A DNA stretch of 64,000 nt from a virus (taxonomy: Duplodnaviria > Heunggongvirae > Uroviricota > Caudoviricetes), in the IMG/VR virus record IMGVR_UViG_3300033156_000141, positions 19,092 through 83,091 of that record. The stretch is one strand, 5' to 3'. Shown here one piece after another: positions 8,449 to 18,007 of this stretch. Positions within the stretch are counted from its first letter, which is position 1; each line of letters opens with the position of its first letter. A model generated the notes under the pieces. That model had not been told where the DNA came from. It did not search any database and saw only the letters and a program-made list of their open reading frames with translations. Both the position numbers and the translations under genes were made by a program.

Positions 8449-8787
8449 TCTTTTTTTTTATAAGAGAACCATAATTATGAAGATCTTGATTTTGAGACAC
8501 ACAAGCTTTTTACTATAATATAATAGCTATTTTCTTTGAGATTAGGAGAATACAATGTATGGATTATGTTGTTGGTATCGTAAAGAAGAGAAAAACCGTA
8601 AAATCCTTAAGCTCGGAGCTTTCCATTTGGGATAAGAAGAGAGAAGAAACGCAAATCAGTTTTCCAAGAAAAAAGATAGTAACTATGTTCTCATCCTAAT
8701 CCAGCTAACCGCAGAAAGAGAAACATTTATATACTCCTCTAGCCTTATGGTTTCTCGCTTTCGGAAAAACGGAGAGATGAAGCAAAA

Positions 8788-9114
8788 ATGCCCATGACCA
8801 TTGGAAACCGAAGGGTTGATGTCGAGAAATCTCCAGAGGAATTTCTGCCCGTTAGGATTCCAGAACCCCAAGTGAAGAAGCTTTGTCGTTTCTTGGACAT
8901 TCAGTATACAGAGAAATTCGTTAGAGACAAAGATGGTAACATAGTATACACAGAGAGGAAAGATGGTAAGAAGATACCAAAGACCAATAACCAATCTCGT
9001 AAGACTATGGCACAGGGAATACGTCAATTCCTAATAGTGTTATGTGATCAGCTAGAAAATGCTGAAGAGGATGAAAACGGAGTTAAGACTATAGCTATCA
9101 CTTATGAACCGTAG
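8788..9114 (+). CDS. hypothetical protein (108 aa), compositionally GC-richer than surroundings
   Basis: ATG ORF with SD-like AAGCAAAAATG; codons ccc/ccg/gcc atypical for this genome. Confidence 0.45.
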   Translation: MPMTIGNRRVDVEKSPEEFLPVRIPEPQVKKLCRFLDIQYTEKFVRDKDGNIVYTERKDGKKIPKTNNQSRKTMAQGIRQFLIVLCDQLENAEEDENGVKTIAITYEP

Positions 9115-9162
9115 ACATACACAATATCCCCTCTTTTTTTTTATGTTTAAGGTGATGGTTAT

Positions 9163-9708
9163 ATGCCTATAATCATAAACAATAAGGAAATGAGTCTTGT
9201 TAAAGGTAAGAATGGCATAAACGCTATTCTGTTAGACAGAACGAATAACACATTTCAAATCTATACAGAATCTAAACGATATAAACCAACACCTATACCA
9301 TTGGATTCAGTATTTTCTGATAGAGGATATAACATTAAGGATTGGAATATCAAAGCAATAGGCAACTCTACTACTATGTATGTTAAGATCACTAATGTGA
9401 AGAGAGACCTAGTTATTTCATATTCTCATAAGGAAATGCTAGAGAAAGCTTATGATGATAACTATAAGATTCCTTTGTATGTAAAAAGAGTATTAGCCTA
9501 TATTTCTAACAAGCTTATTGATAGAGTTGATGAACCAATTAAGTTACTATTAGTAGCAAAACACAGACTTATTGATTCTGTATTGACCTTAGCTATTCCA
9601 TGTCCAAAATATAAAGACTATGTAAGTATTGAGAGATGTAAGTTTTGTAAAGATCATATTAAGATTATCTATGATAAGATACCAAAGGTAGTATGCAGAC
9701 TTGGATAG
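9163..9708 (+). CDS. hypothetical protein (181 aa)
   Basis: ORF with upstream GGTGATGG SD. Confidence 0.5.
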   Translation: MPIIINNKEMSLVKGKNGINAILLDRTNNTFQIYTESKRYKPTPIPLDSVFSDRGYNIKDWNIKAIGNSTTMYVKITNVKRDLVISYSHKEMLEKAYDDNYKIPLYVKRVLAYISNKLIDRVDEPIKLLLVAKHRLIDSVLTLAIPCPKYKDYVSIERCKFCKDHIKIIYDKIPKVVCRLG

Positions 9709-9867
9709 CTCTCTTCCTATTTATTTTAAGAAGGGATTATCATGCCTTGTATTCATGTCTTTAAATTCTACAAACATGATAAGGAAAATAGACAGTATGT
9801 CTTCAGATGCATAAAATGTGGTAAGGAAATTAGAACAGAAGATAAGACATTTATGGAGAGACCATAG

Positions 9868-10167
9868 ATGTCAATGTATGTTATTGATGAGAAAGCTTCA
9901 GTTAATCTCATTATTGGTAATGTGATTTCTGATTCAGTAGCTGAATCTGATAAGCATAATATCTACTTATTCATTCCTGAAAAGAACATGGTAGATGATG
10001 ATACTGTTATTGTAAGATTTAGAGGAGAGCTTATTGAAGAGGACTTATTCTCATTAGTCTTGAGACTATTAGAGCATGAGTCAATTCACATAGCTATTAG
10101 TCGTAATGTTTCAAATCTTGTATCACATGACTATGATAAAGTCTCTCCTTATGTTGATGGAATATAG
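9868..10167 (+). CDS. hypothetical protein (99 aa)
   Basis: ORF; overlapping stop/start context ATAGATG. Confidence 0.45.
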   Translation: MSMYVIDEKASVNLIIGNVISDSVAESDKHNIYLFIPEKNMVDDDTVIVRFRGELIEEDLFSLVLRLLEHESIHIAISRNVSNLVSHDYDKVSPYVDGI

Positions 10168-10180
10168 ATAGTAACTATCT

Positions 10181-10411
10181 ATGGAGATGAAAAGCTTGAA
10201 TGAAAAGGAATATGAACTTCTAGAAAGATGTCTTATAGCTTCAGAGCTTGAACCAACTAGAGTAATAAGAGTATTGAAAATAGTCAAAAGAAGAGTAGGG
10301 ACAGAGAAGCTAAAGGAAATGTTCATTAAATATCCAAAATTCATCGAATTAGCTCACCGTATATCTCCATTTCTATTTGAAAAATCATGGCGAGAATCTG
10401 GATATGAGTAA
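10181..10411 (+). CDS. hypothetical protein (76 aa)
   Basis: ORF with SD GGAGATG. Confidence 0.45.
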   Translation: MEMKSLNEKEYELLERCLIASELEPTRVIRVLKIVKRRVGTEKLKEMFIKYPKFIELAHRISPFLFEKSWRESGYE

Positions 10412-10922
10412 GATAGTAACTATCTTTTAAAGAGCTTATGGAGATGATTGTTTATCTTATCATGGATATATCATTGTTCTCACCTCCTTTACATAAGTTG
10501 GATGAAAGTGAGAGGATGATAGAGACATGAACCATTATGGTGATGAGTGTCTCTCCTATCTGTTTGTCCTAGAAAGGATGAATGATAATGGTTAGAATAG
10601 TAGAAACTTGGAAATGGAGGGATACAAAGAAAAGGATAAACTATACTTGCTTTAAAACTGATGATGGCAAACAATACATGATTTACACAGATGGAATGAG
10701 AGCTTTGATAAAGGAAATTGAGCCTTCTCACAAAGCTTACAGACATAGTTGAGGAGAATTGATATAAATTATGAAAAGATATAGTATCATGGTCATCCCT
10801 AGTATTGTTGGCAATGTGAAGGCATATCTATCTATGAGAAGTGCCTTCAGTTGCACAGGGAGAGAAAAGGGATGACAAACCATTAAACCTTCTTATCTCT
10901 CCCTGATGGAGATGATTAAAAA

Positions 10923-11564
10923 TTGAAAGATCGTATAGCCAACAAGCTTCTGAATGAATTTGGATGGATAAGATGTATTAAGAAGAAAGGAGATGTCTAT
11001 GAGATAGCCTTTGATATGTTCAATGTTACTACTGAGAAATATATTAGATTACTTGAATATCTTGAAAAACACAAGATTTCTCACAGAATAAAGAATGATG
11101 TTGGTAGACTGAAAGGTCAGGAGAAAATCTATGAAGATTCAGAAATAGATGAAGAACTTAAAGACATTATAGCTGAGCAAATACCATCAGAATTCTATTG
11201 GATAAGGAAAAAGGCAGATATCTACGAGATACTTATTGATATGGATCATATTTCTATTTATCAATATATTGATTTGATAAAAGATCTAGATACTTTACCA
11301 ATATCTTACAGAGTCATTGGAATGTATAGAGATCTAGTAGCAAGAGAACGAATCTTTTGTAAAGACAAAGCTACTGTTGAACTTACAGAACAAGAGCTTG
11401 AATTTGTTATCAGATGTCTTGAGCAAATGGCATGTGAAGAAGGAGATTTTTGGACTCAACACGCTCAAGATATTCTTAATAGATTCATAGACAAGTTAGA
11501 AGAATTGGAGAAAAAAGAGGATAGTAGCTATGATAAAGTGTCCAGAGTGTGGACATCTGATTAG
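10923..11564 (+). CDS. hypothetical protein with internal tandem duplication (213 aa)
   Basis: Two ~80-aa repeats (KKKGDVYEIAFDMFNVTTEKYIRLLEYLEKHKISHRIKN / RKKADIYEILIDMDHISIYQYIDLIKDLDTLPISYRVIG); TTG start with SD. Confidence 0.45.
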   Translation: MKDRIANKLLNEFGWIRCIKKKGDVYEIAFDMFNVTTEKYIRLLEYLEKHKISHRIKNDVGRLKGQEKIYEDSEIDEELKDIIAEQIPSEFYWIRKKADIYEILIDMDHISIYQYIDLIKDLDTLPISYRVIGMYRDLVARERIFCKDKATVELTEQELEFVIRCLEQMACEEGDFWTQHAQDILNRFIDKLEELEKKEDSSYDKVSRVWTSD

Positions 11565-11946
11565 GACAAATGCTCTAGCACATAAAATAGTTAAGGACAA
11601 AGATGGAGTTTGGGAGGAGATCATCTACAAGCATAGATGTCCCGAATGTGGATGTGAGTTTAAGGAAGTCATGAGAATTGTGAACGATGTCATAGTTACA
11701 AAGCATGGTGATTCAAAGATGAACTATTATCTAGCTGTCTTTGATGAAAGGAATGGAGAAACCACAACTACTCTATTCAAGATAATAAAAGCTAGCAATA
11801 CCGATAAAGCTGAGGAAATAGCTAGACAAGATGCACTTGAAAATTCTATATGGGATGTAGGGTTTGAATCTATCAGAAAGCTAAAGTATATTCAACAAAT
11901 ACAATCTTTAGACGATATTCCTTCTCCATTCATGTTGAAAGAGTAA
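11530..11946 (+). CDS. zinc-ribbon protein (138 aa; CPECGH...CPECGCEF)
   Basis: Two CxxC pairs. Confidence 0.5.
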   Translation: MIKCPECGHLIRTNALAHKIVKDKDGVWEEIIYKHRCPECGCEFKEVMRIVNDVIVTKHGDSKMNYYLAVFDERNGETTTTLFKIIKASNTDKAEEIARQDALENSIWDVGFESIRKLKYIQQIQSLDDIPSPFMLKE

Positions 11947-11968
11947 TTGAGTATCGGAGATAGATGAT

Positions 11969-12163
11969 ATGGTTCAGATCGAAATTAGAGATCACAATGG
12001 AGATATACTTCCTTTATGGAAGTGTCCCTATTGTAACGGAGATCTAGAAGAAGTTGATAAAGAAGAGTGTTCAGCTCTAGATATCTACAAGCAGTGTCTT
12101 AAGTGTGGTAGGATCTTCAAAGAGACTTATGTTATAGAATCGATAAGTGAGGTAGATAGCTAA
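11969..12163 (+). CDS. small zinc-ribbon protein (CPYCNG...CLKCGR)
   Basis: Two CxxC pairs. Confidence 0.45.
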   Translation: MVQIEIRDHNGDILPLWKCPYCNGDLEEVDKEECSALDIYKQCLKCGRIFKETYVIESISEVDS

Positions 12164-12502
12164 TGGATAGAGACAAGCTAATTAACATCCTTTATGGAAT
12201 ATTAGAATTTATCGATGAAACCGAATCTGAAGATAAAGAGACTATGAAAAGAGCTCTTATAGAGTCCATTAAAATTATATCAGAGGAAATATCAATAAAG
12301 TCAGATAGAAGTTGCTATAAATATAAACACTAATATCTGTAAATACGTGATTCAATAGATTTCAACATATTCCTATCTTTAGATGATTCTACGACTTCAG
12401 TTTATGAGCTACTAGCTAGCCATTGTCAATACCATGAATCAAGTGAAAAGTGATTATCTTTAGGATAACTTGTAACTAAACATATGAGAAGAGGAGATAA
12501 GA

Positions 12503-12757
12503 ATGAGTCTAAAGATTAGAGATGACGAATTACATGTTCCAGACTTAAGTATAAGTAGACAAAATAAGCTAAAGGTTCTTACTATTATCTCACTTGAAAT
12601 AAACTCGTTACTTCATGATATACACAATAAAGAGTATCGAGATGGTAAGACTGAGATGATGCTAAAAGAATTATCTGAAAAAACTGCTAAACGGATAATT
12701 AATCGTATTGATAGATTTGTGATATATCGAAGTGTTCATATTTCTGATACATCTTAA
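12503..12757 (+). CDS. hypothetical protein (84 aa)
   Basis: ORF with SD GAGGAG. Confidence 0.4.
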   Translation: MSLKIRDDELHVPDLSISRQNKLKVLTIISLEINSLLHDIHNKEYRDGKTEMMLKELSEKTAKRIINRIDRFVIYRSVHISDTS

Positions 12758-12794
12758 GAGACTGTTCTGAAGTTACCCATTATCTTGATAAAGT

Positions 12795-13106
12795 ATGGTG
12801 ATCCATTTGCAGAAAAAGTATCTACGAGAGTATCTTGAGAAAAGAGGTATTAAGGTCAAACATCCATTTATAGTAACTAAAATATTCATAGCTTTGAAGG
12901 ATATAGCTAGTAGAGATGAGATGTTCTCTTGTCATGATTTAATAAGTTATTTTGAGAGGGATCAACCATCGATAGTTACTATCGGTAGCTATCTTTCTAG
13001 AATAGAGAAGCTAGGTATCATAGAAAAGGTTGAGAACACAAGATATCCATACTTTTACAGAGTCAAGGATTCATTTCAAGAGTTTATGAAAAATCTAGGT
13101 TTATAG
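12795..13106 (+). CDS. putative winged-helix transcription regulator
   Basis: FIALKDIASRDEMFSCHDLISYFERDQPSIVTIGSYLSRIEKLGIIEKVEN resembles ArsR/MarR-like wHTH recognition helix + wing. Confidence 0.45.
   Translation: MVIHLQKKYLREYLEKRGIKVKHPFIVTKIFIALKDIASRDEMFSCHDLISYFERDQPSIVTIGSYLSRIEKLGIIEKVENTRYPYFYRVKDSFQEFMKNLGL
12971..12983. repeat. GATAGTTACTATC palindrome copy inside a coding sequence
   Basis: Perfect palindrome encoding SIVTIG within ORF 12795..13106. Confidence 0.8.
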
Positions 13107-13111
13107 GTGAA

Positions 13112-13555
13112 ATGATAATGATTACATTAGGCACTGATTTCTACTATAGTGAAAGACATGGTTTTTACGTGAATTGGGGAAATACAGTAGGAGTCATTGA
13201 GAATACAAAAGAAAAATTCAATGTAGTAAGAGAGGACTTTAGGAAAGAAATAAAGAAGATGTATAAAAGATACTTCTTTAGACACATAGACAGGGTGGCA
13301 GTGTCTCGTATAAAACGATTATTAAGACAATACGTTATTGAATACATCAGAATCGATAGGACAGAATTTCATGCTAGTGATATTGTAACTGCACTTGAAG
13401 TATTAGCATCAGCTAACTTTGACGTCTATGTTAATAACAGTTCTGGAAAAGCTATGTTTGTTTCAAATCGTTATATTGTGTTTATGGTATCTAATACCGA
13501 ATCTTATCCTCCAGACCAAAATAATACCAAGAACCTAGAAGAGTTTATATGGTGA
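13112..13555 (+). CDS. hypothetical protein (147 aa)
   Basis: ORF. Confidence 0.45.
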   Translation: MIMITLGTDFYYSERHGFYVNWGNTVGVIENTKEKFNVVREDFRKEIKKMYKRYFFRHIDRVAVSRIKRLLRQYVIEYIRIDRTEFHASDIVTALEVLASANFDVYVNNSSGKAMFVSNRYIVFMVSNTESYPPDQNNTKNLEEFIW

Positions 13556-13561
13556 GTATGT

Positions 13562-13759
13562 GTGCCTAAATGTCCAAAGTGTCATAAAGAAATCAAGTTT
13601 ATAGAAGAGATTACTGTTGCTAGAAAGGTTTCTAGAGTTTATTCAGATAAGACTGAACTCTCATCATACAATGAGAATATCCTTTACAGATGTCCATTGT
13701 GTAAGAGTAGTCTATTTAATGATAGGAGAGATGCTATTAAGTTCTTGAGAGCTGATTAA
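13562..13759 (+). CDS. small zinc-ribbon protein (CPKCHK...CPLCKS)
   Basis: Two CxxC pairs. Confidence 0.45.
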   Translation: MPKCPKCHKEIKFIEEITVARKVSRVYSDKTELSSYNENILYRCPLCKSSLFNDRRDAIKFLRAD

Positions 13760-13765
13760 AGAAAG

Positions 13766-13778
13766 ATAGTAACTATCT
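13766..13778. repeat. GATAGTAACTATC palindrome copy
   Basis: Perfect palindrome; followed by the further palindromes GCTAGCTAGC and GGGCTTAAGCCC upstream of the Ubl gene. Confidence 0.8.
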
Positions 13779-13835
13779 CTAGAGCCGTAGACTAGCTAGA
13801 TATATGCTAGCTAGCTATAAGGGCTTAAGCCCAAA

Positions 13836-14117
13836 GTGATTGACATGCCAAGAGAATGGACTAGCGAAGAAGAGGATGTATGGACTTCAAATGAGCCAGA
13901 AGCTGTCACAGTGATAATCGGTGGTAAGGAAGTCACAGTAGATCCAGAGGAATACTTTGTCGATACCATTAAGTCTCTAGCTAGAGAACATGGTATCGGC
14001 AAATTCGTAGTCAAAGTGGATAGTCGAGAGATATCTCCAGAGGATGCTCCAGAGACATTCGAGGAACTCGATGGTGAGCTAGTGAGAATAGAACCAATTG
14101 ATGAAGCTGGATTATAA
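13836..14117 (+). CDS. ubiquitin-like beta-grasp protein (ThiS/MoaD-like)
   Basis: 93 aa; C-terminal ...LDGELVRIEPIDEAGL resembles ThiS/MoaD tails (L.DGDEV.I.P.VSGG); GC-richer than neighbours; first gene of the Ubl-E2-E1-JAB cluster. Confidence 0.6.
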   Translation: MIDMPREWTSEEEDVWTSNEPEAVTVIIGGKEVTVDPEEYFVDTIKSLAREHGIGKFVVKVDSREISPEDAPETFEELDGELVRIEPIDEAGL

Positions 14118-14183
14118 GCTTCATACTTGGTTCTATTCTACTCTAGTATCCCTCTTTTTTTTTTATGTAAGGAGGATAAGAAA

Positions 14184-15311
14184 TTGAGGTTCATATATGG
14201 TAAGAGAAAGAATGGTGAACCTAGATTTAGATTTAAACTTGATACTGAAGATGAGAAGAATTTAATTGATAAAATAATTACTAACGGATATTACTATTGG
14301 AACAACGAAATAGTCTTATCAACTAATTTAGTAGCTAAAGCTCTGGGTGTAACATGTTATGAGTTTAGACCATTTACTGATGAGATGGATACATCATGGG
14401 AGATTCTTGAAGAAGCTGGATTAGACATAAACAAGAAAGATGATAGGAAAGAACTTGTAAGAGTAGTTAGTAACTATCTTTCTAGAGAGCTTGAAGCTTC
14501 CAAACAGACTGAAGAATATGGTATTTCACTAAATAGTAGAATTCCAGAATTTGATTTAATAGTAGACATAGATCAACCAGTCTATATTTCAATAGGAAAT
14601 AAGATATTTGAAGGTAAGCTGATTAAAGAGAATGCTAATCTTGAGACATATATCAAGAGACGTGTTTCAAACAAAGTCAATAGTCTCAAGAGAGAAGCTA
14701 GAAGTATAATACTAGCTATTCATGAGGAGTATGAACGAAAGCTTGAGGAGATTAGAAGTAAGCTTGATAAGATACTGGAATTTCCAGATTTAACATTTGA
14801 GGAAGCAGCTCAAGGACTAATAATATGGAGAGTTAGATACACGAATAGGGATCATATAGCTGTTGCTAGACACTATAAGTTTAAGATCTCCAAGCTGATC
14901 AACGATGGTAAGATCTACTATTTGAAGGATGATTGGGCTAAAGAAGTGGATGCATTTGTTGTATTCTATCTTGACAAGACAAGAGATGGATATAGGATAG
15001 AAGAAGTATTCTGTGTTAGATCTGATGCATTCTTTAATGCTAGGTTCTATCCAATCCCACATTGCAATGTAGCTACTGGTGGCACTGTGTGTCTAGGGAT
15101 ACGTGATCCAGCTAGAGGTAGAACAGTTAGATCCATGAAAGAATTGATACCGATATTCGATCATGTAGTTGAAATCTTAAGCACAGCTAATAATGATGAT
15201 AGATTTAGAATTAGTGTTCCTTGGATTAATGATATAGTAAGAATGATAAATCAGCATGATTATTCATTTGCAAAAGAATCTCATAGTCTTAAGAAAGCAT
15301 GGAGTGTGTAA
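14184..15311 (+). CDS. E2/UBC-like domain protein with N-terminal extension
   Basis: C-terminal region FYPIPHCNVATGGTVCLGIRD matches the UBC signature HxN[IV]-x-G-x-[IV]-C-L (HPN motif + catalytic Cys); start probably the TTG at 14184 with a GGAGGA SD (track start 14127). Confidence 0.6.
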   Translation: MRFIYGKRKNGEPRFRFKLDTEDEKNLIDKIITNGYYYWNNEIVLSTNLVAKALGVTCYEFRPFTDEMDTSWEILEEAGLDINKKDDRKELVRVVSNYLSRELEASKQTEEYGISLNSRIPEFDLIVDIDQPVYISIGNKIFEGKLIKENANLETYIKRRVSNKVNSLKREARSIILAIHEEYERKLEEIRSKLDKILEFPDLTFEEAAQGLIIWRVRYTNRDHIAVARHYKFKISKLINDGKIYYLKDDWAKEVDAFVVFYLDKTRDGYRIEEVFCVRSDAFFNARFYPIPHCNVATGGTVCLGIRDPARGRTVRSMKELIPIFDHVVEILSTANNDDRFRISVPWINDIVRMINQHDYSFAKESHSLKKAWSV

Positions 15312-15314
15312 AAT

Positions 15315-15980
15315 ATGTATTCAAGACAAGGCGAGTTAAAACTACACATACCACATAAGGTAGGAATAATAGGATGTGGTGGAATAGGCACATGGGTAGC
15401 TATTTACTCAGCTATGTCTGGAGTAGATACTATCTATTTATTCGATGATGACTTCGTGGACATAACCAATCTAAATAGACTACCATATCCCAAAAACGTA
15501 ATAGGAGAGAAGAAAGCTAAGGTTCTGAGAGATTATATTATATCGATTAGACCAGATGCTACAGTATTTGCTATAGAGAGAAGAATTGTTGAAGAAACAG
15601 CTGATCTTCTAGGTCAGTGTGATATAGTCTTTGATACAACTGATAGTTCAAAAGCTCATAAGATAATAGAACGACTTTGGAGAAGAATGCACTTTACTCT
15701 TATCAGAGCTTCTTATGATGGAGAGCATGTTACAGTAGCTAAAAACTATAAGCTATCTGAGATAGCATGGGGTGAAGATCAAGAAGGATACAATATAGTT
15801 CCTAGTTGGGTTATTCCAGCTAGTTTCATAGCTCAGATAGCATGTTGGTTAGCATACTCTGATAAAGCTCCAAGTTCATTTCTGTCAAATAAAGAGATGA
15901 TGGAGATAGTAACTAAGATCATAGGTGATAGAAATGAAAGAGTATGGAAAATTAAAGGAATCGAAGAAGAGTCAGAATAA
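15315..15980 (+). CDS. E1-like ThiF/MoeB-family adenylyltransferase
   Basis: KVGIIGCGGIGTWVAIYSAMSGVDTIYLFDDDFVDITNLNRLPY = Rossmann GxGxxG + the NLNRQ-type E1 motif. Confidence 0.8.
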   Translation: MYSRQGELKLHIPHKVGIIGCGGIGTWVAIYSAMSGVDTIYLFDDDFVDITNLNRLPYPKNVIGEKKAKVLRDYIISIRPDATVFAIERRIVEETADLLGQCDIVFDTTDSSKAHKIIERLWRRMHFTLIRASYDGEHVTVAKNYKLSEIAWGEDQEGYNIVPSWVIPASFIAQIACWLAYSDKAPSSFLSNKEMMEIVTKIIGDRNERVWKIKGIEEESE

Positions 15981-16842
15981 GATAACAAAATACACGAACT
16001 ATAAGAAGAAAAATACAGTATGGTCTGATGACAATAGACACACATACTGTCCATACAAAGACTCTAAAGAAGTAGAGATTCCATGGGATATATTCTCAAG
16101 AATAGTATTGCTAGTAGAAGAGTATTCTACAGAGTGGCTAGCTTATCTAGACTATGAAGAGACAGATAATGGATTCATAGTTAAGGACATAATTATACCA
16201 GAACAAGAAGTTACTAGCTCTTCAGTATCAGTTACAAATCCTGATATAGGAGTAGGCAAGGGTGTAATACACTATCATCCTTTCAAGAATGGAGCATGGC
16301 ACTCTAGCACAGATGAGGAATATGTTGATTGTAATCATCCATTTTCGATAGTAGTAGATGACAATCTTAACTTCAAAGCTAGGGTAGCTATGGAAGTTCC
16401 ATGTGGATGTGTATTGACTGGAGATGGAGAAGTAAGCATTTTACTTACTGATGAAATAGAGAAGTTCCTAGAGAACACAGAAAAGAAGATTAGAGAGAAA
16501 AAGTATTGCAGTGTCTATACTGGTTATGGAGGTTTTCCTTACTATAATTACTCTAAAACTAGTAAACAAAAGGATGAGATAATAATAGACTTTATAGATG
16601 ATGAGAAATCTATTAGTGCCAAGTGTAGAATATTCGATGAACAATGTAAATGGGCTGAAGATAAAGAGGATGCATGGTGTGTTGATATCGGATACTGTAT
16701 CAAGAAGGGTATTGATATTACAGATGAGCTTCTATCAGAGAAGCTTACAAAGGATGAGCTTAAAGAGATAGAGAACGACATTGAAACGTTAAAAGGAGTT
16801 GGAGTATCAAAGATAGCTCCAGAAGAAGTAGAAGGTAGGTGA
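15925..16842 (+). CDS. JAB/MPN (JAMM) metalloprotease domain protein with Cys-rich C-terminal region
   Basis: EEYSTEW... then HYHPFKNGAWHSSTDEE = JAMM-like Glu + HxH-x8-S-x2-D zinc site; overlaps the E1 stop by ~55 nt. Confidence 0.7.
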   Translation: MIEMKEYGKLKESKKSQNKITKYTNYKKKNTVWSDDNRHTYCPYKDSKEVEIPWDIFSRIVLLVEEYSTEWLAYLDYEETDNGFIVKDIIIPEQEVTSSSVSVTNPDIGVGKGVIHYHPFKNGAWHSSTDEEYVDCNHPFSIVVDDNLNFKARVAMEVPCGCVLTGDGEVSILLTDEIEKFLENTEKKIREKKYCSVYTGYGGFPYYNYSKTSKQKDEIIIDFIDDEKSISAKCRIFDEQCKWAEDKEDAWCVDIGYCIKKGIDITDELLSEKLTKDELKEIENDIETLKGVGVSKIAPEEVEGR

Positions 16843-16848
16843 TTAAAG

Positions 16849-17052
16849 ATGAGACTTGACACAAATCCTGATAAATGTCCAAAGTGTGGTAGCACTAAAC
16901 GTAATTATTCCTTGACCATAGGCAAGCTAGTATGTGGTAATTGTGGAGAGATAATACGAGATATGGTCAAAGAAGAGTGGCAAGAGCTATTTCCTGAGAT
17001 AACAGATGAAGATTGGGAGTCTTGGTTTGGTAAAGAGGATCAAAATGTGTAA
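16849..17052 (+). CDS. small zinc-ribbon protein (CPKCGS...CGNCGE)
   Basis: Two CxxC pairs. Confidence 0.45.
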   Translation: MRLDTNPDKCPKCGSTKRNYSLTIGKLVCGNCGEIIRDMVKEEWQELFPEITDEDWESWFGKEDQNV

Positions 17053-17263
17053 CGTAGTTACGATTTGGGAAATAGTGATTTACAAAGACGGATGGAAAAG
17101 AATAGGAATGCTAGCACTTGACTCATATCCTCATTCAGCTTCTCATGCAAATAAAGAAGTAGGATTATTAGCTGATAGATTTGGAATCTTTAAAGAGATA
17201 TACGAATATCCTTATACAACTACTTGGATCAAAACAATAGAAGTGAACAATAGTGATTTATAA
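17006..17263 (+). CDS. hypothetical protein (85 aa)
   Basis: ORF. Confidence 0.35.
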   Translation: MKIGSLGLVKRIKMCNVVTIWEIVIYKDGWKRIGMLALDSYPHSASHANKEVGLLADRFGIFKEIYEYPYTTTWIKTIEVNNSDL

Positions 17264-17472
17264 GGTTACTTTTGAAGATGGAGGTAAAGCTTACATAGAC
17301 AAAGAAACTTTTGAGAGAACCACACAGAGAGGACTATACTATCCATTATTAAATTTTCTAGATAAGAGTCTTTCAAGAAAATGGATTGAAATAAGAAAGA
17401 TAGATTGAAATATTATATGGGAGATCTAGATCAATGAAAATAAGTTTATTAAAGTCTACACATCATGATTAG

Positions 17473-17739
17473 GTGAGAGAATTGAGACAAGTAAAAGTAA
17501 GTGATTCAAGAAAGATAGTTATTCAAAAGACCAAATTTAAAGGTAAAGAAGTGATGGACATTAGGACATTTATTGAGACTCCTTCTTATAGTGGTTATAC
17601 TAGGAAGGGGATTAATATACCAATAGAAGTAGCTCCAAAAATTGCTGAAGCTATATTAGAAGAGCTAACCGATGAACCTTCTTATTGGACTGAAATACAG
17701 TCATCTTTAGCTAAGCTAAAGAACATTAAAGATGAATAG
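17473..17739 (+). CDS. hypothetical protein (88 aa)
   Basis: GTG/TTG-start ORF. Confidence 0.4.
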   Translation: MRELRQVKVSDSRKIVIQKTKFKGKEVMDIRTFIETPSYSGYTRKGINIPIEVAPKIAEAILEELTDEPSYWTEIQSSLAKLKNIKDE

Positions 17740-18007
17740 GTATGCCTATAGATCTAGTTGTTATTTCAATAGTTGTATTTCTTGTGGATGTTATTCGTAA
17801 TCCTAATTCTTATGAACATATGCCAGCTAGTGAACGTTACAGACAGAAGTTTATGAGGGATTGTTAACGATGTTAATCGGAGATAGATATGGATTTGAAA
17901 TTATATTTATCGTTGGTTATCATGGAATTGAAGTGAGTAAATATGGAATCACAATACGATAAAGATAAAGATACTTTGAAAGTACCAGATCCTGAAGATC
18001 CAAAATA

